Assembly (NCBI GenBank): GCA_964057225.1
Contig: OZ059894.1
Span: forward strand, 17,608,001-17,672,000
Direction: 5' to 3'
Source: Auanema rhodensis
Taxonomy: Eukaryota > Animalia > Nematoda
Length of the DNA stretch: 64,000 nt
The position numbers and the translations under genes are program-made. Under the pieces are notes generated by a model. That model was not told where the DNA came from. It searched no databases and worked only from the letters and a program-made list of their open reading frames with translations. Positions 13,717-24,142 of the stretch are shown piece by piece (position 1 is the stretch's first letter; the number at the start of each line of letters is the position of its first letter).

Positions 13717-16700
13717 ATGAAAACAATATTATTATTGTTTTTGTTTGTTGGTTTCACAACATTTGTACAACCAAATCCTGAAACTGGTACACAAAGATTG
13801 GTAAGATATTAATTATTTAAAAAAAAAAATAAATAAAAATATATTAAAGCAAGAAGATATTGGTAGAGGTTTTGTAGTTACTTCTGATGTTAAAGCTGAT
13901 CATATACCAAATGCTGTTGATTGTTTAGCAGATGACTATGACGGTGGATTTATATAGTTAATATTTAAATTTTTTAAAATTTAATTTATAACAAAATAAT
14001 TTCAGTGTTTATGAAAATAATACATTTCTTAATAATAGTATACAATGGATAGCAACAATGCAAAAAGATTATATTGGTATTTAAAATATTTAAAGAAAAT
14101 TGTATTTTAAATCTAAAAGTTTAGCTTATTCTATTCAATATGTAATAAAACCACGATATGATGCTTCTGCAGATGCTGCTACAAATATTATTGGAACTAT
14201 TATTAATAAGATTAAAATAGCAGCTAATGCTGATATTAAGCTTATTTGGGTTGATGTATGTGAACTAAATATATTTTTAAAATTAATTTTTTAAAATTTA
14301 TAGATTGGTTTCATTAATCAACAACAAGTAGCAGATAATGTTAATTTCTTATCAAAATTACAAACAGCTGCAACAACTAAGAATATCAAACTTGGAATCA
14401 TCACATCAAAATCTCAATGGAAAAATCAAACAAATGATTGGAGTGGTCCAGCTTTAAGCAATGATCCTCTTTGGTAATTATTTAGAAAATTAAATTTGTA
14501 AATATTCAAATTTAAATTTATAGGTTTACTGATAGGGATACTAGTTTCGGTGAATTTGTGCCAATGGCCGGTTGGCAATCAACAGCAGTTATCAATGGTG
14601 TTAATGCTCGAATGTGCTTTACTGAAAATGGTGATGTAAACTTCAGACAAGAGTAAATTAATTAATTTTCTTCAAAAACAATTAATTTTCAATTAATTTA
14701 GTGTTTTATACAAACGTTCAGTGATTAATACAGAAGGATCCACAGGAACACCAACAACTAATATACCAACAACAGTTCAAGATATGGTTAATATTTATTA
14801 TTATTATTATTTATATAAATAATAATATTATTTTAGGATAAATATAATTATGGTTATTCTGTTTATGCAAAATCAAATGCTTATTGGATTGCATTCAGAG
14901 ATGAATTAGAGTGTTATAAAACACAAGGAAAAGCTTTCTTCCTCTAGTAATTTGAAATTATTTTTTAAAAATTTTTTAAATTTTAACTTTAAGTATTTAT
15001 GATGGTGATGGTGTACTTGATCAAGTAATGCATTTACTTCCACTTATAATTAAAGGTTTGTTAATATTTCAGAAAAATTGTTTTTAAAAATTAAAAAATT
15101 TAGCTAAAATGGATATTCAAATAGTTATTATGCCACGTACAGTAGAACTGGCTGATAAGGTATACATCAAAGTTATGGAAGCATTTGATTCATATGGATT
15201 CAAACCAACTAGTATTTGGCTTGATGTAATGATATCATGTTATAAGTATAATTATATTAATTATATTAATTTCAGACATATTATTATTATTTTCAAAGTC
15301 CTGATATGAACATAGAGTTCTGTGAGACACTTAGTCAATTGTTTAGCGTATGTTTGATGAATTTTAAGTTTTTTCAAATTATTTTCTTATCATCATTACA
15401 GTTAAACGGAATTAAAATGAATTATATTACTAATACAAGAACATGGATTGAATATCTTGGAGATTGGCAATTACCGGCTCTTAATGGTTCCATTTTATGG
15501 TTATTACAAACTTTTCTTTTAAATAAAATACTTAAACTCAATATTTAGGGATGATCAAGAAATTTTAAAAGAACAAGAATTCAATGAATTCGGAGGATGG
15601 ACTGAAGTTTCAGCTTATACTACTTTCGAAGTGCGTACATGTCGTCAAAATGATGATCAATATCAGGCTAGAGTCTTACAGTATGTTTTACTTTTAACTT
15701 TTGAAAAACAAAATTATAATTTAAGAGTTATATATAAACCATATCGACTTGATTTCAATTATACATACAATCCTTCTACACCAATTCCATATATTACAAG
15801 TCCTGCACCAACATCTACTTCGAAATTACCTACTACTTCTACTACAAAAACACCTATTACTACACCAGCAGACGTATATATTCTAATATTTAAATATTTT
15901 TCTAAATATATTTTATTTTTAAGAAACAAGCATCAGGTGTATTAATTTCTGCTGATTCTCCTGTTGCTGTAACTACAACAGATCTTGCTAACTGTTTCAA
16001 AGCTGATGGAGATAGCGCAGTTTTCCTTTAGTATGTTCATTAACTATATTTATCTATTTAGTTTATATTATTTTAGTATTTATACTAACAATCAGGTCAA
16101 TACTATACTATCAAAGAATGCTTTTGATCTTCAAAATGGTAAATTTGTTTTATTTTTGTTTTAAAATATTTGAAAACAATTTATGTTTTAGCTGGATTCA
16201 ATGTTCAATTTATCATTCAACCAAGCTTTTTGGTAAATGCTACAGATGTTATTAACAATGTTACAACAACTTTAAATGAATTAAACTTATCTATTGATTA
16301 TTTGTGGATTGATGTATGTTTTTAAAATTATTTTTTATTTTAAAATATTAATTTTAGACTGCATTCATTTCTAATGATGTATCAGTAAATAAGATGTTCT
16401 TAGGTGATATTCTTATGGCTACTTTGGTATGTTTTCAATTATTTTTAATTCAATCTTTTAACATTTTTTTTTCTTTGAAAATTAAAAAAAAATCTAGTTT
16501 TTACTCCGAAAACATATAATTACAATTAAGTTCTTATAGAAGCAAAATATCACTGTTGGAATTCAAACATCCCAAATCCAATGGACATATGGTTTTGGTA
16601 ATTACGGAACTTTTTCCGCAATGGGGGCACTTCTTTGGTAAATATTTATTATAATTATATATATTATATTTCATATTTTAGGGATAGAAGTTCTCAAAGT

Positions 16701-17078
16701 TTTGGCAGCTTTAACTCATACGGTGGATGGTCAAGACCTACTGTATTAAGCTCAAATCTTTCACCAACATGCAGTTTTAATCAAATCAATATGATTTTAA
16801 CAAAGTATATTACTTGTTTTTCTTTTTTTTTATTTTATTTTTCTTTCAGAGTTTCATATCTAAGTGATTTCTTACGTTTTGTTCCTTTAACTACTGCCCA
16901 GCCTAATGTATCAAGTACTCCATCTACAGTTCCAACAACAAGTAATGTGACTTTACCAACTGGAGGATCAACAATGGGATCAACAACTACTAAAGTTCCA
17001 TTAACAACTTCAACAGCAGCTTCAAGCTTATTTTCATTGAGCATTTTTGTTTCAGCTTTATTGAGTGTCATGTCTTAA
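13717..17078 (+). CDS. Secreted, probably GPI-anchored protein with three tandem GH25 lysozyme-like domains and Thr/Ser-rich spacers, 21 exons
   Basis: Signal peptide MKTILLLFLFVGFTTFVQP. Domain 1 (~13850-14720): LIWVD, KLGIITSKSQW, DPLW, FVPMAGW. Linker GSTGTPTTNIPTT. Domain 2 (~14838-15745): SIWLD, YITNTRTW, ILW, FNEFGGW. Linker PSTPIPYITSPAPTSTSKLPTTSTTKTPITTP. Domain 3 (~15924-16880): YLWID, VGIQTSQIQW, LLW, FNSYGGWSRP. A Thr/Ser stalk and terminal hydrophobic tail follow (TSTAASSLFSLSIFVSALLSVMS*). All 20 GT-AG introns join in phase with no internal stop. AATAAA at ~17110. Confidence 0.85.
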
Positions 17079-17201
17079 ATATTATATGATAGTATATTAT
17101 AAAATTATAAATAAAATAAGGTCTCAATGAGGGTCATGTTTAACTTCCTAGTCTGAATATATATGATAATGCTTGAAGTTTATTCAGGCTTTTTCTAAAT
17201 T

Positions 17202-17300
17202 ATGCCCTAATTCAGTGATTTGTCAATTGCTGAGAAGGCTCAAATCAACGCGTGTTCAATCGCGCTTTGAAGCCATAAAGCAATTGCTGAGAATCTTCAG
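17202..17300 (+). mobile_element. Tc1/Tc3-like transposase N-terminal (HTH) remnant
   Basis: In-frame MP*FSDLSIAEKAQINACSIAL*SHKAIAENLQ has the layout of the Tc3-type start MPRGxxLSxxExAQIDx...SxxxIAxxL. It has two stops and no downstream DDE domain. Confidence 0.5.
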
Positions 17301-17819
17301 GTCTACTTTGAATTATTATATTATTTTGTTTTGAAACATCAAATGCTAAAAGTGGATAGTAACACCTTCTTAAATAAAAATATAATCCTTCACACGTTTA
17401 TGATAACTATTTCTGAATTCTTTAGCAAAATAATATTTTTGACTGCATTGTAAATTTAGCAAAATCAAACTATAGACACTCATATGGCTATCTTTCTGAA
17501 TTTAATTCAACATTTTTCTAATCCACAACTATTAAATTTACTATCATTTAGATAATTATTATCTCTAGAAATTTGAAAAGCTATTACAATATATTTTATT
17601 TTATTATACTTTAGTTCTGAATTTCCATGTAAACTCTCTATTACCATTGGAAATATTATAACTTTTAAATTATTTAAAAATAAAAATAATTTGAATTAAT
17701 TTATTACTTTCATGAAAATTCATCAGTCGTATTTGCATCTTCAAACTCGGAATAATCTTAATGATTATCCATTGTAATTTATTAAAAACAATTTTTGCTG
17801 TATCATCTGTGATGATGAT

Positions 17820-18090
17820 GTAACGTTTATGCTTATGGTATTCTGAATATATACTTCACTTCAAATGCAACATTGAATCTTTCTAATGATAATCTTATTA
17901 AACAAACAATTCTTAATCCACATTCTTTTACTTTTCTTTGTTTCTTTATCATTAATAGGTTTAAATGTTTGGATTTAAATGCAATCAATTCAATTTGTAA
18001 TCGAAACGTTCTCGAAAGTGAAAATTCTTCTTTGAATTTTCGAACAACTTTCTTATTCTCAATTGAATACAATGGATGATTTTTCGGACA
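17820..18090 (-). mobile_element. Maverick/Polinton protein-primed DNA polymerase B (pPolB) C-terminal remnant
   Basis: The minus strand reads CPKNHPLYSIENKKVVRKFKEE...IELIAFKSK, then after a frameshift DKETKKSK...KNCLFNKIIIRKIQCCI*SEVYIQN. This matches the Polinton pPolB blocks YPxDHPLYSxxNKKVxGKFKDE...EFxxLRSK...KKAKG...YKNCLF...IRS..HEVY. Confidence 0.72.
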
Positions 18091-18207
18091 TTAAACTGTT
18101 AGTATTTTGATAATAAACCATATGGGTACTTGTAATAGCAGTAATTAATAATTGTTATTCTTCTGTTGTTGAATTCACAAGTGAATCCAAAGGAGATCCT
18201 TTTAATT

Positions 18208-18572
18208 TTCTGCTTCACATGTAAAGAGAACACGCATACTATCGACACATCACAGATAATTTCCAAAAGCAATAGATCCATGATAAAGGGAAATGCAACA
18301 CTATGAAGTGTAAGATCTTTAGAAATGAAGAAAAGATACAAGTTGGATCAGGATTTTAAAAAGAAAAAGATGAATCTTCTTCAGATAAATCATTAGACAA
18401 AAAATCTGAAATTCTTTTAGATGAAACATATTACTCACCATTCAGTGGATTTTATGGTATAAATGAGTTAACAAGACTGACGAAGAAACCTATCGAAGAG
18501 GTCAAAGAATTTCTGAATCAGCAGGATGTCTATACTCTTCACAAGCCAGCTCGAGTGGGGGAACTGAACTAG
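18208..18572 (+). mobile_element. Maverick/Polinton zinc-ribbon plus retroviral-like integrase N-terminal remnant
   Basis: FCFTCKENTHTIDTSQIISKSNRSMIKG[frameshift]CNTMKC (DUF5679-like CxxC ribbon). After one stop it continues ILLDETYYSPFSGFYGINELTRLTKKPIEEVKEFLNQQDVYTLHKPAR, the typical YYxPxxGFxGxxxL...VKEFLxxQDxYTLHKP start of Maverick c-integrases. It is truncated before the DDE core. Confidence 0.78.
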
Positions 18573-18706
18573 AGCCAAATAAATAAATAAATGAATAATA
18601 TTATAATTTAATTTTTATAAATTAAAAAAATGATTCATATACATATGTATAGATATAGAATCTATGAATATAAAAGTTGTTAGTTTCGTTGTTATCCGAT
18701 TGTGAA

Positions 18707-18742
18707 TCATCATCATCATCATCATCGTCATCATCATCATCC
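18707..18742 (+). repeat. (CAT)n microsatellite, imperfect
   Basis: About 11-12 CAT units with one CGT variant. Confidence 0.85.
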
Positions 18743-21700
18743 AGTATCTAGTATTATCCTTAACTATTCAATTCAATATATAACTTCAAATATTAAAATA
18801 CTAGTTATTCTATTAAACATCTAGTGACAGTTGAAATTTAATGTTTTAAATCGAACTATTTGGCTTTATTATATAGTTAAAAAGTTCTATTTGCAAGACA
18901 AATTTTACTTTTTGTTTTGTTAAAAAATACAAAAAAATTGTCTTTTTAATAGAATTTAACGTTATAACTTATTGGAATAAATCTTTAATATTAATTATAA
19001 TTTCATTTTTCTTTATAATTTATATATAATTATAAGTATTGTTGTATGTATGGTGACCTTATAACAACCATATAGGATATGTGTTGATATTTCATTAACA
19101 ATTAGCTATTCAGAATGAAGCTGATGATGTTCCGGTGTTCTATATATGAATAGTTCACTAATCTTCGTCTTTTTGACTGTCTTTCCTTCTTTAATTACTA
19201 GAGGAACGCATACTCCCTATTTACTTCATCTCATGCATGCTCCCTTCCCTTAGCCTCTATCTCTCTTTTCGTTTCCGCTCTATCTTATTCGCTCTTCTTT
19301 CTTTTCAGTTCATTCTTTCTCAGCTCATTCTCTTCTCTCTCTCTGTCTTTCTCTTCTTTTCTATAGTTTTCATCGCAGATAGATATAAGAAGTATGGTTG
19401 ATTGCTATAAAGCCTTATATAGATTCATACAATAGTATATTCAATAGGCAATACAACTGTATAAACCTCTTGTCCTCTTGTATTTCTTTTATCCCTGCCG
19501 TTCAATCCAAAAGATGACTTCCCTTCAATCCTCACGACACACATACTTCGACCTCGCATTCTAATTTCAATTGACCAACTGGCAACTAATGCTTATTCTC
19601 AATCACATTACTGTCTATAATAATATATTTTCTTCTTTTTTTTGTAAAATAATTATCGAAAAATGGGTTTTGATGTACTAGTTTCATTGGCCGTTTATCC
19701 TTATCTATCGAAATGTGAAACAAAAAAAATGAAATTAAATGAATCATAATAGCTGTAAAACCAGTTGAATCATATTGCTAATATCTTTTTCCTTTTTTAA
19801 TTACCCGGATAACAATACTGTGGTTTGGAAATAACTTTTCTATAGTTCTAGGTACATTTAAACTAAATTGTATCTTTTGTGTGATGAATGACATTGTTTT
19901 GGAAATAAAATTCAAACTTCTGGAACAATCTATAACTATTATTCAACTAAAAAATATATAATAACTATGTATATAATAAGAATTTATTTATTTTATTATA
20001 AATATTTTAAATATTTGTAAATGTAAAATAATAAAAAAGAAAATCCATGTATAGATAAATAGATAGATGTATGTCTGTATGTATGTATGTGGGTTGTACA
20101 TGATCCTATTCATAAAATTATAATATATAATCAACATAATATATTTTAATCAAATATTAACTATAAATATATTTTATTTAACTTTCTAATTATAAAAGAA
20201 TAGTTGTTTAACATGGATATGAACACAAATCTATTCCCTATTCAATTCTTTCTGTTTGGTTACCTTGAAAAGAGTATTACAGACGGTCATTTCTACTGTT
20301 CTTCTTGTCCTCATCATCTCTTTTACCTCTGCCTCTTTCAATTTTCTCTGTTCTTGTTCTCTTTAATCCATATTATATATCTCTCTCTAACTAATTTCTT
20401 TTCTGACATTTTCTCTTTATATCCTCATATTCACCTTTTTTCTTTTGCGAAGCGTTCATCCTCATTTCATCCAGCCTCATGTAATTATCTTCTGTATGAC
20501 AATTAGACTCACGTAACTAGCCTTCAGAACATATATATGCTGAATCTAAAGGCTTGAAATATGCATTTGCAGAATTTTTCATTTGAAAACTTCAATTTTC
20601 TCCATTTTTATTTTAAAAATATTTTCTGACATCTTTTTTTTCCTATTTTTAATCTTTTTCCTTTTTAACTAAAATCTGGGAAGTTGAAGAGAAATAAACT
20701 TTCTAAATCTCTTGTTATTTCTTATTTATCTCACTTTTTTCAAACCAGAAATTCCTTTCATTTTCAATCGAATGATTTTTTTTGGATGAGTCTTCACCAT
20801 TTTCCGAACTGCATCTCCAACCGTGTCTAATCTCCCAGTGAATCCATCCTAACTATTATAACTATATATTTTGCAAATACTAAATGTATATAGTATACTA
20901 TATTATATAACTTGTTCCATTTATATACATCTTTTTATTATATTTAATATCCTATTCTATAACTTATTCTCTTAAAGTATTCTATTTAGTAACAATATCC
21001 TCAATTATATGTTTGAATCTCAATGTTTATTAATTCTTTTTCTATAAGATATTTATTCTAATATACTAAATATATACTTATATACTTATACATAAGTATA
21101 GTAAATATAATTATATAAGACTTCTTCATAGCTAACTCTTTCAAGATGATGTATTACCAACTTGTTCTTCATCAAACTCCACTTAGGAATTATCAATTCA
21201 AGAGTTTCATCATTGTTAGACACAAAATTGCGATTTTAGCTCTTCGTTGTATTGAATGCTCATATAAGGTTCATTAGTCGATGTGTGAAGCTTGTGGACC
21301 AAGTTGTTCAATCACTATTCACGCCTGTTCGCGTCCTTATTCGCCTTTTGATGGCATGAATAAGCCATGTGAACATCACTACATCTTGAACTGCATTTAG
21401 TACTTTATTCGAAAACTCCTTAATCATTCCACAACTTTAAAGAAAAATAAACATTTTTCAAGTTAAGATCTAATTATATTTTATTTATTTGGATATATCT
21501 TAATTTTAATTTAAAACATATAGTTAATATAAATTTGAAAAATATAAAACCAAATGCTCTTTACATTCAAAAATAATATTTCTTCTGAAAATTCATATAA
21601 ATTTCTTGTAATTTCACGTGATTCTTGTATATTATGATGCTAATTCTAAACTTCTTTCTAGAATATTTCACTTTAACTATGCTCTTCTTCAAAGCTTCAT

Positions 21701-23032
21701 CAAATTCAAAAGCTTCACAGTGTCATTTGAGTAATTAATGAAATTAGCTGTTAACGAGCATTTTCTCTTTGAATTCATTTATCTTTTTTATAATTTTTGA
21801 TTGAAAAATAATATTCTTTAATAGTTTTAAACAGATTAACTATATATATATACATAGTATATATTAATCTTTTATATCTTTTTTTTATCAAATATTATAC
21901 GAAAATTTATATAATTTGTTCATTAAAAGATATAATTTCAAAAGAATGAATGTTAAATTATCTGAAATTCGAAAATCAAGTGCGCTTAAAAGCTTGATGA
22001 GGTTGAATTAAGTAGCTAAAACTGATTGAAATGGATGGAGCTATTGAAGTTAGTCCTTCAAACGGTTATCCGTCTCATTCACTCTTCGTTCCTTTTTCCG
22101 AATCTTGAATTCATCTATAAGTATTCTAATAAGTTCACACAGTACAATATTCATAATAACCTTGTAACTTAAGCTTTAAACTATATATATATAGTTAATA
22201 TTTTAATTTAAAAATTATAAATATATAGTATATGGTATTAACATATTCATAGATATACTACATATACATACATGTATGTCCTTGAAATTGAATCTTTTAA
22301 TTACATTATATGACTAGTTTTTCTTATTTTCTATCAATGAAAATATTATTATTTTTATTATATAAGAATATATTAACAAATTTTTATGTTCATCTACACA
22401 GATATTAAAATGATTTTATGTGAAAATAGATGCTTCATATATTCTCTATATCATCAATATTAATTCTTTAGAAAATATAGGTTTTTTTTAATTTTGGTTA
22501 AATTTCAAATAATCAATATAGTTAAATTAATTTTTAAAATATTCTTTTTTTTTCCTATAAATTTTAAAAAATGTTTTTGATTGTGGCTACACACATGACT
22601 TAGCATAATTCAAGTTTTGAACGGAATTCTCACTCTTTCTCTCTCTATCTCTCTCCCTTTCTTGCTCTCCTTCCATCTGTTGAACTTTTCGTCTTCTCTT
22701 TTTTCCATTAAAGAGTTTGAAAAAGTTTTACATCCTAACAGAATATTCTCAAACTATTTTTTGATCTAAAATTTAAAGTTTCATCTTGCTATTGACTGTT
22801 AGACATGTATGTATTAGTATATTTGAAAAATGACTTGTATATTCATCTCTTTTCTATAATTGAAATGCACAATGTTGGTATTTGAACTAACCACATACAC
22901 ATCTCTTCATCGACCTTCTCACAACTAACATCAACAACTTTCTTTCGTTTGTCTTGTTTTTATATTTTTATCCAATCTTCCTTTTCTCATTTCTGATCGT
23001 TATTGTTTCTCTATATTTCTCTTTCTCTCTCT

Positions 23033-23036
<4 letters not shown>

Positions 23037-23106
<70 letters not shown>
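23037..23106 (+). repeat. (CT)35 microsatellite
   Basis: Perfect CT run about 330 nt upstream of the Ly6-like ATG. Confidence 0.95.
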
Positions 23107-23110
<4 letters not shown>

Positions 23111-23434
23111 CCCTTATTCATTGCGCATTCTATGAGCGCACAAAATTCATCTGAGGTTCAACATTATTCGATATGCTGATGTCCATATAAGCCTAGAATG
23201 ACCCTCAATCCGATGATCGGTCTGGTTTTGGCATCGAAACTGTCATCTGATCATCTACTTAGCTGTATTAACTATGCAAATTATTCGTCTATAGCTGTAT
23301 CTTTTGATCTTATTCCAGATACAATATATGGACTTTTCTCCAACTTTATATTTTTCTCATATTTTTTGCCATTCTAGTTAATATATATCATATTTTAGTC
23401 ATTTTTTTCATTTCTTCTCTATTTCAGATATTAA

Positions 23435-24142
23435 ATGTCATTGATGTTACTTCTGTTAGTGGCTTTTGCTCCATCCTATGCCAGTTCAATTCAATGCTAC
23501 TCGGGTAGTCAGTTGCAGGTTTGTCTTTTTCAATTTATCTTCAAAAATATTTTGTTTTTAAGGTGTTAGATTGTCCATCACTAAGTTGTATTAAGCAGAC
23601 CTTAGGACTAGATACGGTAAGTACAAACGATTAGTATAGATTTTTTCTTTTTTTCCCATAACTATATCATATTTCTTTACTTGTTCATGTTCTTTATTTT
23701 AGTTTTCTCATACGTTGCATTTCCTTGAAATGTCAACTTAAATTTTTCATAATCTTCTTTATATTCACCTTCAAATAAGGTTTATTGTCCTTTTTTCTTC
23801 TAGGTAATCCCTATTCAATCAAATTTTTGAATCTTTTTATGCCTCCGAAAAAAAATAATCGCATTTTCCATATTCAATTCATCCAAAACTTAAAAAAAAA
23901 AAAAGAATTTTCTTCAAATATTATTTTTTATTTCTTTTTAGGTAAGATATTGTGATGGATCTGGTGTTGCATCTGTATGTGAAACATATCGTACCTTTGA
24001 AACATGTAAGATGATTCCACATTTGGGTTTCATATGCTGTTGCTCAGGAAATCTCTGTAATTCAAGCAATTCATACTTATCGTCATTTGTTTTACTTATT
24101 CCACCACTTTTATATCTTATTATCACTAACTATATCGTATAG
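23435..24142 (+). CDS. Small GPI-anchored Ly6/uPAR (three-finger) domain protein, 3 exons
   Basis: Exons 23435-23518, 23563-23616 and 23942-24142 give MSLMLLLLVAFAPSYASSIQCYSGSQLQ-VLDCPSLSCIKQTLGLDT-VRYCDGSGVASVCETYRTFETCKMIPHLGFICCCSGNLCNSSNSYLSSFVLLIPPLLYLIITNYIV*. It has a signal peptide, an IxCY start, 10 Cys ending in CCCxxxLCN and a hydrophobic C-tail. A TTTCAG acceptor lies 7 nt before the ATG. The ORF track missed this gene. Confidence 0.88.

Noticed and set aside
6733-18572. Idea that the lysozyme-like cluster is Maverick cargo acquired horizontally
   Set aside because: No TIRs or left-hand Maverick sequence were seen. The genes have host-type short introns, AAG acceptors and GATA promoters, and their divergence looks older than the still-readable Maverick fragments.
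22954-23154. SLSLSL / ERERER ORFs here and at 28414, 33076 and 62725-63065
   Set aside because: They are translations of CT/GA microsatellites.
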